Shown here in pieces: positions 15,001 through 28,579 of a DNA stretch of 64,000 nt; the first letter of the stretch is position 1; the number at the start of each line of letters is the position of its first letter. This DNA is from Paragordius varius (Eukaryota; Animalia; Nematomorpha), in NCBI GenBank assembly GCA_964247055.1, contig OZ176050.1, positions 9,176,001-9,240,000 on the forward strand, given 5' to 3'. The notes beneath the pieces are model-generated. The model searched no databases. It was not told the origin of the DNA and was given only the letters and a program-made list of their open reading frames with translations. The position numbers and the translations under genes were made by a program.

Positions 15001-18000
15001 TGACATATTTATAATTATTTCTGTTGTCGTGTTATTATTAGAGGATCGGGGTAGGGGTGGTGTTCGACGCCCAGAAGCTACAAATATGTAAAATAAAGTT
15101 TGATTATACAGAGAGAGCCATTTAAACTGCTGCTATATATTTTATGATACACTTTTCGTGCTGGTTTTTGGTTTATAATATTAAGTTGAACCTGCATTAC
15201 CACAATATTACTATATGGTAGACACAGTTATAATGAGGCAAAAATAATGGAGATAATTAAAATTAAATTATTTTTTTTTACAATAAATTTATAAAAAAAT
15301 ATTTTAATAGTAAAAAACGAAATATTAATCGAAAAATTCTCTATATTTTCTCATTTAATAAGGAAATCAAATTGGAAATAAATTTATATATATATATATT
15401 TTATAAATTAAATCATTCAAATATTTTTGGGTTAATGCAAAAATTAATACCTCGTCTACCATCCCGGTTACGTAAAATTCCCGGTCTCACAGGTCCGAAT
15501 TCTATAAGTGTGGAGGAAGTAGATGGTCTCTCATTAGTTGAGCTAGTAGGCGCTGGATGATTGTAATAATCCGAAACAATATAATTATATTGGTAATTTT
15601 CGTCTTCATCTAAAAAATATTACAAACAGATATAACTCTATATCTGTATATAATTGTGCAAAGTGTAATTTAAAAAAAATAAATATTTCAGTAAAATTTA
15701 CTGTTTTTATGCTATTTATCAAATAATGTGCCTTAAAGTTCAACAATGGGCTTATATAATCTCTAAATGTTAAAATTCTTTTAACTATTTGTAAACAATT
15801 GTTTACTCTTTAAACACATACCCTTATCAATAAAGCCCAATAATATTTCAAATTCATTGTGGATAAATACATCGAAAATCTTAAATTAAATTTCTAATAC
15901 ATAAAAACTAAACGGTTTAATTTATAATATTTGTAAATACTCAGTTTAGAGGAGTGGTATAAAAGTTGTTTTTTTATAGCCCTTTCGATTTAATCTTATT
16001 TAAAGTGTAAAAATCTGCATATGTGTCAAACAGCAAGGCTTGTCGGAATAATTTTTATGAGATTCTTTAAATTTTATTGCTTACAATGGTTTAGGTGTCT
16101 TTTTTCCTTTTATATTAAAGGGTAAGGACTTTTGTATTTCAACTTGTAAAAGCTTAATCAATAATTTGCCCAGGGGCTGACAGTGCTGAAAGGAAAAAAA
16201 TACGGGGTTCAAACTCTTGCATTCTATACAAACAGGGTAAAAGTTCAGCGCCCTACCTACTATACCTTTATGAAAAAATTACAAAAATTTAACATATTCA
16301 CCAAAAAACCTTTTGCAATACCTACCCCGTGTATTAATAATTATATTTGTCTTACCTTCGTCCTCTTCATCAATGTATTCATCATCCATCCAAGCATTAT
16401 TATTATGGCTATTATTATTAAAATAGTATATGGTTTCGTGTGAGCGATGAGGCGGCCTTCTACGCCGTGTTGTGTTATTGGCACTATTTTCACCTTGACT
16501 TTGATTACTTGTTGCACCAGACGCATTTGTGGTAACAGTTACAGTATTGTCCATTTCCCCATCCGATGAAGTGTAAGAGTCTATAATAAGGAATTTGATT
16601 GATATCAAATAAATGGGTAGATTATGACTGATGATATATCTTTTACGGAAAATATTTGCTTGAAAGATTGATGATAATTTTATCTGATTATTTAAATTTC
16701 TTTAAAATTAAGAGCCATTTAGTTTTAATTAAAAAACCTTTGAATTACTACCAATTAATGAGTTATAGTTGTCGATCTTTTATATAAAAAATAAAGTTCC
16801 TTTGTATATTTTAAACTAAAAAAAGGTTTTGTAAAAAATTTATGTTCGAACCCGAGGTATGATGTGATGATAAGATGTTATTACTATTCCCAGATTCCGA
16901 TGAAGAGGATGACGACGAGGATGAAAAATGATTATAATTGTTGGTGTTTGTATTATTTGAAATATAATTTGAATTGTCTAATATTGCATGAGTGTCATGA
17001 GCCATATAACTATTGATGGGATTATCAGACTCGTTTTCCCTCAAAGGAAGAGCTAGGGGTCCTAAAACGGTGCGAACATCAAACGTGTCACTCAAATCGA
17101 CATTTGACCTTTCTATACTCAATGGAAAAATGCACAACAAAATATATATTATATATCTGTCAATGCAAAACTAACAGCCTTAATATAATGTTTATAACTT
17201 AAATATCAAAACATAAGTGCTTCAACAATTGCAAAGAATAAAACAGGTGGATAGTTATGCGTTTCATCATTAAAAGTAGCAGAGAAAATTAAAGGTAATA
17301 ATGTAAAAATTAAAGGTAGAGATAGACCTTGTACTCTATCACGATAATATGAAGATGAATGGGGCAAACCGACATTTCTCCCATTAAAAATGGGATACAC
17401 ATCGTTTCCAGATTCATTTAACGCAAAACTAATTCGAACGCTTGGTAAATCCATTTGATTGTTTTCTTCGTCGTTGCTTAAAGTAGTTTCACCGGTTGGT
17501 GGTAATGAAATACCTCTGCTAAAAATTATGGTAATAAAAAAAAATTGAGCATTTTATAAACATAAACCCCAACTGTTTGTATTATAAATGATGCGAAAAT
17601 GAACACATATTATGCGTGAGGTTTCAATTTTATTTCAAATACTGATCTAAAAAACACTGTTCTTTAACATTTAAAAGGATAATAACATTTTTAAAAAATA
17701 ATTTATGTCTATCATATAATACCGACGAGTACGTTCTTGTAGATTAGGAGAATTGTCTACGCCTTGAACATTCCTATTATAATATTTTATGATATTGTTC
17801 TCAGTATAACAGTTTTAGTAAAAATATCATTAAACAAATAACAAAAAGCAATCATACCTTTGAGGAATGTCTGCCATGAATTCACTATTAATGTCATCAA
17901 GCATTTGATCAATACGATTAAAAACGTTATCATCCTAAAAATATATATTAGAGTGGTTTAAAAACTTTTGCATTATTGCATATTTGACATTGTTACAACT

Positions 18001-21000
18001 AAACTAAAATTAATTTTTTACAGTTAATATAACAATAATTGGTCTCACAACTAATGAATGCCGTCAATATAATCACAGCTAACAAAACGGAATATACCAA
18101 TAGAAAGGATTCAAAAAATATTAAAAAATTTAATTCAATTTTGATTCATTATTTATATTTTTAGACCATTATTTTATATAAATTTAAGTCACGAAATAAA
18201 CATATCTTTAAACGTTTTTTTTGCTAAGGTCATAAATGCATTTACAACCACTAAATCCAAGCTTTACCTCAATACTCACTCATATTGTGTCCAAGAAATA
18301 ATTTAATTCCTCCAAAAATAAAATATTTTTCCTATACTTACCCATGTTAATCTCTGAGCATTAGTATCGTTACTAGGGATGTCAGATTGATTATATAACA
18401 TATCCAAATTATCCATAGCCACTGAACTGATGATACTATTTTGATAGGCTGTAGAGTTTGATGTGCCTGATATAGGTATTGTGCCGGTATTACTTGTCCC
18501 AGAACGTGACCCTATGCCAAAGTATATTTTTTATATAAAAAAATCAAAATGAATACAACAGGTTTAATGTTAGATTCATATAATTTTATATATTAAAGCA
18601 TTAAATTTTTGAGTACTACAAGTATCTTTGTCAAACTTAAAAAATTAAATATATAATAATATTGGGTAAAATTTATTCATAAAACAGCATTATTTAAAAT
18701 TCGACCAGACCATATGATTACAAATATAAATTGTACGTATTACTAATATACATTTTCATTCTTATTTTGCAAAAAACAAGAAGAGAGGTGTATATACTTA
18801 AAAAATGAAGGATTTAAAATAAGATTTTCCTATTAAAATTTTAATTTTATTTTGTATTTGTTTTTGCTGTATCTGATAGCAAATAAAAGGTATAAACCTC
18901 TTGATGGTGCATTATATCGCCCGATTCTCCGGGATGGGAAAAATGAGAGCCCTAAATCCGTATCCAACAACGTGTGTAATAAATCCAAATTCATTTCAAA
19001 CTATCATTAGGTAAAATATTTGTAATATATTGCGTTGATTATCAAAAACAATATAAATATGGAAATCGACATAAATATAAGTATGTTTAAAAATATCTAT
19101 ATTGGTGTATATGCCCATTATAAGAATAATTTTGGAAACTGAAAAATTGCATAGATATAATCAGCTCAGTTACAAAATTTTTTTAAAATTATTAAAATAT
19201 TTGCAAATAAAATATGCTGTAAACTATGAATGAGATCAATCGTCTCAAATGCATTTAATTGTAAATAAAGAAATTATTTTAAAATTATGCTGCTTGTTTC
19301 ACATAATGAATAACATTTTTTAACAAAGCATATATTCATTTTATTACAAAATTATAAAATTTCGACTCAAAAATAATTCTTATCTCAAAAAATATATATG
19401 GGCGTCTTAATACCGTATGTATGTTTCCATCTGAAAGGGCATGACTAGCAAGACTATTGCGCAAACGTGAAGAATTATCTATCAGAGTATCAGCACGGTC
19501 TAATAAATCATCAATGTTGTAGGCATCCTCTGAATCTATGAATTAATTTGGATAAATCAAAATTTTAATTGGCTCTAAAATATCGAATATCATAATTTTA
19601 GTACAATTATGTCAAATAAATAATTTTATTTACGATTCATTTTACAAAAAAATAGGATTTGTTCAAAATATACTGTCGACGGTAGCATTTCTGTCCCGTA
19701 CTCTAAAAGCTGTTCGTCTACGTCGCCCAAACGAAGAAATATTGTTATCATGATTCGCGCTTGATTTAATTAAAAAAATATTTTATTTATTTGAGAAGTA
19801 AATTCATTGTAAAGACAATGGATAAAATATAATAAAATTACCCATTTTGTCGATTTTGCATAGTTGTACGAACACCTTGAAAAGCTTCCCTTAAAACACT
19901 ATCAATCCAATCTTGTCTTGGCTCTACAAATATATTTATAATTTAATCGAAATACCGAGAATTCAATATTTTACTGAAGAACGTTTAAAAAAAAATTTAA
20001 ATTTATAACATGTTTTTGCGTAATGGAAACAATTAATACCCACGGTAAAATGTTAAATATAAACTTAAAATTTATGTGGTTTTTTAAATCTATTGAAAAA
20101 AAATAATATTGACTCAATAAAATAAAATTTATAATGCAAAAAATAAAACAATAACACAACAATGTCGAGATAATAAATAAGTCATTATATATCATATTCG
20201 TGTCGATCAGAGAAAATATTTTTAATCAATATTGATTTGACTAGAACCAAAATATTTAAATAAACCTATAATTGTTTAAGATATACTTTTAACATTAAAC
20301 TTTCAATAATTATCAAAATTTAATTTGTAGTATTAGTTTAAAAATAATGAAAAAAAATTCTTTATGCTTTTTTTCGAAAAATTAACCCGCTGTTGAAGTG
20401 GATGTTGATGGTAGATTGGATGTTGGTGGGATTGAAGCATTTTGTGATTCTGATACAGCAAGGGTTGTAGTTGGAACATTTTGGCCTATGCAATTCCATA
20501 TTACAAAATTATAGAGTAATTAAAATCTTTTGACCAAATGCCACAAAAAAGCTAAAATATTAGTCGCATCAAATAGTAATATAAAACTATTTTTATAAAT
20601 AACAATACAATAAATAATCAAAATTTATATATTATGTAGTATACAAATTTTTTAATAAAGCTGAGTTTTTATCATATATATTAAAATCAGAATTCGGCAC
20701 AAACACCCCATAATCAAGTAAATCTATCATATACAAATTACATAGTTTGATTATATAACAAATATTCGGTTCGTTCTTGAAATATTAACTAGTACCATGG
20801 CTTGCATAGTTAAACTACTCATCAGATGCTTCTTAACAATCAAAAAACTAATAAATTAAATATTATGCAACTAAGTCCAATATTCAACAAGTGTCATTAA
20901 TAAAACACCATTGTTGCCCAAGTAACCACTATAGTCAAACTCGACTTTATTTGGCTCAACACATGATAATTTCAAAAACGGTTCCAAATAAAAAAACACC

Positions 21001-24000
21001 CAAACCCAAAAATGTCCAATTTCCTTACCATTGGTGACTTCATTATTGGTGGTGGTCGAGGATGTAATTGTGTCATGATATTGTTCATTATTACCCATGG
21101 CATCGGTATTGTTATTATTAGGATTGCTATCATCCATCATAATAACCATTTCATATCGATCGTCATCATTGTCGTTCTCATCACCATCGTCCTCGTCATC
21201 ATCATCATCAAAATCTTGTTCTCGTTCATCATTGTGAACACTATTATCCTCATCGCTCGTTAAAACGGTTCGATTACGTCTACGATTCCTTCTTTGATGG
21301 GCAACACCCCGGTTTCTCCTAAATAAAGAGCATTATTTTAAGCAAAAGTTGAAATAAATACGGGGAACTTTAGAGTCGGTCATACCCATAGTGATTAGAT
21401 GTATTTTAAACAAAATTGTACAAATAAATACAAAAAAAACCTCATGTTACAATAATTGAACACTGTATCTTCACAATTCGAGTATGTAACTTATTAAATA
21501 AAAATCTTATACGTACCAACATACATGTTATATAAACAAACCCATTTTAGCCAATTCAATACCCAAATAATCAATATTGGCTCTCTTTCTCGATAGCCTC
21601 AAATCAGCAAACCTTACCCCTCCCCCAAATAATTCGGGAGTCCCGAATCTGAAATGGAAAAAGTTATTATCTAGGTGAAAGCTAAAAGTCGTTATGCGAT
21701 TAGAGCTTTTATAACCCATTCTTGACAACAATTGTACATACCCGTCCTGAGTCCTTTCATTGTTCCTTGGAGCAGAGTTGTTGTTGTTGTTTCCGTGCGT
21801 AGCTGGAGTGGCAGTTGTTGTGCCATCATCATTCAAAGTATTATCTTCATCATTGTCATCATCCTCTTGATCTTCCTCGTCATCATCGTCGTCGTCATCC
21901 ATGTATTCATCTTCATCTCCATCTTCATCATCAACCTCGTCGTCCTCATCATCTTCGTCCTCTATACATATATGCGTGTAAAATGTGAAAACGTAATAAG
22001 CTACTAAAAGGAAAATGCGCAAGACCAATGATTTTGAAGGGGTACTACCTAGGGCTTCGAACAGGAATCATATATAACCAGAACCCGGTTCCGACCGTCC
22101 AGAAACCACAATTCCGGTTCCACCACCAAAATAAGTGGATCCCAAATGTTTTTAAATTTAAGTTAAATTAATTTTTATAGATTTTATAATCCTTTTTTTC
22201 AGGTTTCTCATTAATATAAAATAACAATCATAATTTTAAAATATGTTTTGGTTGGTCATATAATAACTTTTTTCTCGTATCCAAATGGAACATGTTAACA
22301 TTTTTTTCTGAATCTATCTTTTACCTTGAAGAGAACAACATTCATAATTATTTATTATTTTAATTTATATATTAAAACATTAACTTTATTAATCAATAAA
22401 ACAAACATATGGAAAAAATCCTAAGCTATATATTGGGATCTCATACTTGGAAAATTCCAGGTTTGACTGCTTCTAAAAAATTTATCTACTTTAAATAATT
22501 TTAAAATCCTTAAATTTTAAAACCTGAAACTATGCGTCCATAATCGATTACCCATAACGATAAAAAATAGGTCACACTATATATCAGTGGCATTTAACAC
22601 GGGCCGCATGAGGACCTCAAACAGGTTTTTTCTGGCCACAAATTTTGCAAAATTTTTAATATTTTATCATGTAAGGTTACATTAGTGGTATATATTGCGG
22701 CTCACAACACAATGATATATATGAATCTAGTGCCAATGATAAAAAAATCATTATGATAAAAATGATGAAAATCATTAAATGAAAAGTCAGGAACCTAAAT
22801 GGAATCCGGTTTCAATGTAAGGTACCGGTTCAAAAAGCGTTAATTTTAAAGAAACCAACCCGCCACGGTTCCAAAATTTTAGAAACCACCTAGGTCCATT
22901 TTAAATTCTTAGGAACAACTCCGGTTTCTACTTTTTTCGCCCAGTTCGAAGCCCTGGAAAAAACCCTAAATTGATAATTTTTTGAAATATTGTTTTCGTG
23001 GATGTACTTTTAATACAATATAGGGTTATAATTAAAAATAATATTACGGGTGGTGCTAATGGATCTGATAGGAAACCATAATAGATTTTTGAAATTTAAA
23101 AAATGCAGGAAACAAAATTAGAGTCGTATCTTTATGACGATGGTATCAAAAATAATAATCAGTTCCCTCTCAAATATTAGGATAATATCAATATGTAAAA
23201 CATAAAGGTAAAATTATTTAGTTGATTATAGTTTTTTATATTACAGATAGCCTCTGCAAAAATACAATGCCAAACAATATATTAAATTTCGCATTTTCAA
23301 TTATTTCATATAATGTAATATTTCGGTTATTCTATATTTATAGGGTAAAAAATATCAACAACTATCAATATCTTAAATTGATACATATGTTAAAAAAGTA
23401 TTTCTCAAATCAAATTACCTAAATCATCATGTGCATCTACAAAGGTGTCATGCTCCATATCATCCGTAGTAAGATCTGTCCTATTGTGTTGTTCATTCTC
23501 AGAATCTATGTGGCTGTAATCATTAGTAAGTCCATCTATTTCAGATTGATTCATTTCTCCAACAGTTGCGCCATTATTTGCTAAATTATCAGTAAAATTG
23601 TCGTTTTCATCATTTGGTGTATTGGTGGGAGCTATAATATTTTAATTAAAAAAAATGATGCATTTAGCATATGAGCGTTAATACAAATATGTAGAATATT
23701 ACTTATCGTTGAATTGTATTGATCCTAAACATATCAAAAAAAAAACATATAAAATATTTTTTATCAATATATGGTTAAGATATAACAAAAGCAAATAAAA
23801 AATTACCGTTGATGTCTGAGCAGGATTCTCTAAAATGTTAAAATAAAAGATAAAAATGTTAAAAACAAACTTTAAATACAAAAATGCAATAATTTGTTTA
23901 ATGACTAACAAAAATATAAAATTAAACTATACTTTTGAACAAAAAGGCGTACGGTTTTTGCTTGGGAAGTGAGTTCAACATCTTTACGTATGATTCCATT

Positions 24001-27000
24001 GTGTGGAGTGAGCTTTCAACTAAAAAAAGAATTTGCATTTTAGAATAATAATTGTTTCATAAAGGACAAAAGTAAATAAATTAATTGCAAAAATATCAAA
24101 TGCTAACTTAGTTGACTAAATGAAGGATCATCCATGCGAACTAGTCTAGTTAAGGAGGCTAAATGCCCTAACAATTCCATCCCAGTAAATTTTTTCATGT
24201 ATTTTAAGCCTATGTAATGTAAAAAATAATTATTATATTTGGTAGATTTAAATAAAATAAACTATTTGTAATTAAGTAATAAAATATTTATCATTGTATA
24301 TTAAGATAAAAAAAACTTACAATTTAGGTTACAACATTAAAAATATTAAAAAATTATAAAATCAAGTGTATCAAACTGTATAAAAAAGCACCAATAAATG
24401 AATATAAACACATGTTGTTTTTGTAAAATATATTGTTTTATCTTTAAAATAATATAATAACTATTAGTATACCGTCTGCAGAGAGCTGTTCAATTGGTAT
24501 TCGACACCCATAATCCTTAATTATGTACATGCTTATAAGATTGTAAATACAACGCTTTTGGAATTTCGTGCTATTTTTGGTTTGTTCATTGAAAAACGAG
24601 TAGACATTAGGCATGATTTGTCGCAATGAATCATTCTTGCTATTACCAGTTATGTTGTTGTGCATAGATTCGTGAATGCTTTTAAGGGCATTATTAATTT
24701 TTGAGGATAAATTACTCGTTTCCATTAACATTGAAAAGAGATCTCTAGCTAACCGTGCGCAAACTACTTCATTCAAATTGTATGGAATCTGTAATCATAA
24801 AGGTATTAGGAAAAAAACACATTAAAACCTATCAATTAATAAATATTAAAGAAAATAATGTGGGTAATAGCACAAAGATTTGTAAGATTCAAAAACAAGT
24901 CGCAAAAATAAATTTATTTAAATGTTTAATTTTGGCACAGTTGAATCGTCAATTAAAAAAAATAAAAAATAAGTATAGAAAATAAAATAATTAAAATTAT
25001 GGACTCCTGACAATGCCTATGGGTGAAAATTTAGGATTTTAAATATTTTTATTTTATCCCATCTAGACGCACCAATGAATTTTATTTAAAGAAATAATTA
25101 TAATTTATTAGTCCATTGCATGATAAATGACATTAATCGAATAAAAAAATCCTACATCAGTAAAACTAGTATAGTAGATTTGTGCTTATTGCATTTATAA
25201 TTATTTCCCACTAATACTTGGGGTAATTTGAATATAGTTTATGTCATAAAAAATTGAACTAATTTAATTTAGCCTAATCCTCAATAAATGTATAAATATT
25301 TTAATAATATTATACCACATATCTTCAATAAATGTATATGCATTTTAACAAATGTAGACATGGTAAGAAAATTAGCGATAAATATTGGTTATACCATATT
25401 CGTTGGTTTGCCATGTAAGGTTGCATCAATAGCGACTGAAAATTCTAAAATAATATCCCTGTGGTGCAACATTTTATCGGTTTTTGTTTGATGTTGTAAT
25501 GGTGATTTTATTTTTTCTGACATGTTATTAATACTATCATTATCATCGCTTTTATCGTTAATATTGTTGCTAAAAACGGAACTAACGCACAAATATAAAA
25601 TGTGCGCTCGTAAAGTTAGGTACATTTCATGAGCAAATGCCGAAATTAAACCATTTATATGACTTTTTTCTTTAGATTTAATTTCATTATTCAAGGTTGA
25701 TGCTTGGTTAAAAGATGAAAGTCCATGCAACTTTAAGGAATCTCCGCCGCTATTTTTCCCATAAACTACGAGGTAGTAATCTCGTGGTAACAAATGACAT
25801 AAAAGAAATGATAGATATGAACAACCACTAAAACGCTCAGTATTCATGGGTGCCTATAAAATTTATTTGTAAGAAAAATTGTTAAATTTGAAATATATAA
25901 ACGAAAGTTAAATTAAAAATCAACCGAAAATAATATGAAAATTAAATTAGGAATCAAATAAACTAAAACTATTAAATCGGGACTAGAGTCATGATTATTA
26001 GCACTCATTAGTACGATTATAAATTATATGTGCTGTATAACACATCAACTGGCCTTATTTAAACTTTAATTAGAAAAGATAAATTGAAACTATGTGTAAT
26101 TTAAACAGCATACTTTTGTATCCATCTTAAGGTTTTGAAATATAAAGTGTAAGAGATGTGAATTAACGTTTTCATACGAAATTGATAATTCTACTAAAGT
26201 TTGTAAGAGTCCAATCTGAGAGTGATAATATTGGTAGATTTCTAAAGAATTAATGATAAAAAACATATAAACAATCAATTAATTAATAGGGCAATATTAG
26301 ATTAACTATACTTTTGATATCAGTTGAGTTGGTGTTCATAATTGGATCAAATTGCAAGAAATTTTTTGCTAATTTATTGATAAAATAATCTATAAATTGG
26401 ATAAGAAATCTATTTTGTTCATTCTTTTGCGAAGTTGCAACTTTAACGTTTTTAGTAGAATCTAAATCCTTTTTTCGTACAAATAAGGGGAAATTATCAG
26501 TAATTGCAGGCATATCTATGAATAAAATATATTACAAAATATAAAAAAACTTGAAACAAACAACTCATTATTTTAAAAACAGTTTGTCATAAAATTATAG
26601 ATTTACCATTTTTGGAAAATGTATTAAGTTCAAGATCATTGGTTATTTTAGTGTAAACTTGTTCCCCCTTTTTCCACACAAGCGGGGTTAAACTTCGCAT
26701 TAAATAATTGAATTCTTTATTGTTAATATTGTAGTTATCCATCTTCCCGGGCACGGCATTATAAATTGCTTCTATAAACTGTTTAAAAAAATCATTATTA
26801 ATGATAAAATATTACGAAATACTAAGTATATATATATCAAGCAATACCATTTTATTTTTCACATGTTTTATATAATTGATTTTAGTGTTTTAACAATAAA
26901 ACAAAAGGGTAAATTCATAACAAATAAGTTAAATCTTTTTTGTAAAATAAAAAAATACTTTAATCACAATGTTTTCATCTTGGGCATAATGATCGACCAA

Positions 27001-27105
27001 TGTGTGATACAGAATGGCGGTAATTTTATTAACAACTTTCATAATATTCAAGGATTCAAGATACCGTGATTTTTTGAACTGAATCAAATTTTCTAACATA
27101 TATGA

Positions 27106-27140
<35 letters not shown>

Positions 27141-28546
27141 GGGTCAAATCTTTTTAACCATTATATACCGCACAAAAAATTAATTAAATTGTTAAAATTT
27201 AATATTTATTTAGATTGTGCCAAAAATGATTCTTTTCATATAATAAGAGTTATAAAAATAGATGTTAAAAATAGTAAAAACTAATAAGAGAAATATTGTA
27301 CATACCATTACAAAAGAAAGTGAGAGTAGCATCGTGATAATCAAAGAAATTTGCGAGTGTTCCTTCCATTAAAGCTTTATGCGCATATTCTTTGTTACGA
27401 CAAACCCGAACAAAATTTATTAATACTGAAAGCATTAGTTCAGGAGGATAATAACTATAATCTTTGGTTGATAAATTATCACAAAGGAAGGTTATCAAAT
27501 TTGGTATGATTTTAGGATCCAAAAATGTAGAGCATAAACTATTTGAATATAATGATAAAACATTTATTTTAGTTCATTAAATAAAATTTTGTTTATAAAA
27601 CAAACAATAATTATAATAAAATATTTTTTATATTATTGGGTTAAGACACCCTTATTCAATTGTTATTACACATAAACTTGGTGTATGTTAGCATATATTA
27701 AAATTTCCCTATTATCGTTTGAAATTAAACATTAAAAAACTTAAGGAAAATATATTACTTGTATAGCATTTGTATGAATTCTTCCGGCTCTCCATTATGA
27801 TCTGTGAGATAAAATAAAAAAATTTCATAATAAAACACCATTAATATTAAATGTGTAACAAATCTAATATCTTAAATTAGACCCATTGCATTAAAATTTT
27901 GCATATTTGCTAAAAAAGACAACAACAAGCATACCGTGTTCATGTTATCTGAATACGATCATTAATAAAATAACAACAATTATATTTGTACAATAAATTT
28001 AATCTTAAGTACATGGATTGGATTTTTACAAAATGTATATAATCTGCAAGAAAACATAATTTTTATACCGTCTTCATGTCCAAACCATATGGGATCATTG
28101 AAATCATTAAATCCATCTGCCAGATCAAGGCATATTTGCTTAAATTTTCGATTATCCTCAGTAGTGTCATTGTCTGTGTTGTTGAAAGAAACATGTTTAT
28201 GAATATTTCCATTATTACCCAATAAATTAATATTTTTATTGATGTTGAAATTAGCAGGGAGATTTGATTGTAAAAAGTTCCAAATATCTACGCAAGAATT
28301 ATTTCGTTGAGTAACTCCAAGCGTTGTAGAGTTTCGATTGTTTGACGATGTTCTTGAAGATACGGTGTTAACCGTATAAGTGACTGAATCATAAATAATT
28401 TTTGTTTCGTCACAATTTCCAAGTCCATGAACGAAAAAATGGGTGGTTAGATAACTAACAATAAATGTATAAAAATCATAACATTGTATAACAGAGGAAG
28501 AAAATTTCCGCACATTAATGGTAATAAATAAATCGACAACGTTTAA

Positions 28547-28579
<33 letters not shown>

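Noticed and set aside
21012-22007. Plus-strand hydrophobic ORFs (21012-21263, 21732-22007 and similar antisense ORFs over HUWE1)
   Set aside because: They are reverse-complement shadows of Asp/Asn-rich HUWE1 codons and show no independent gene signal.
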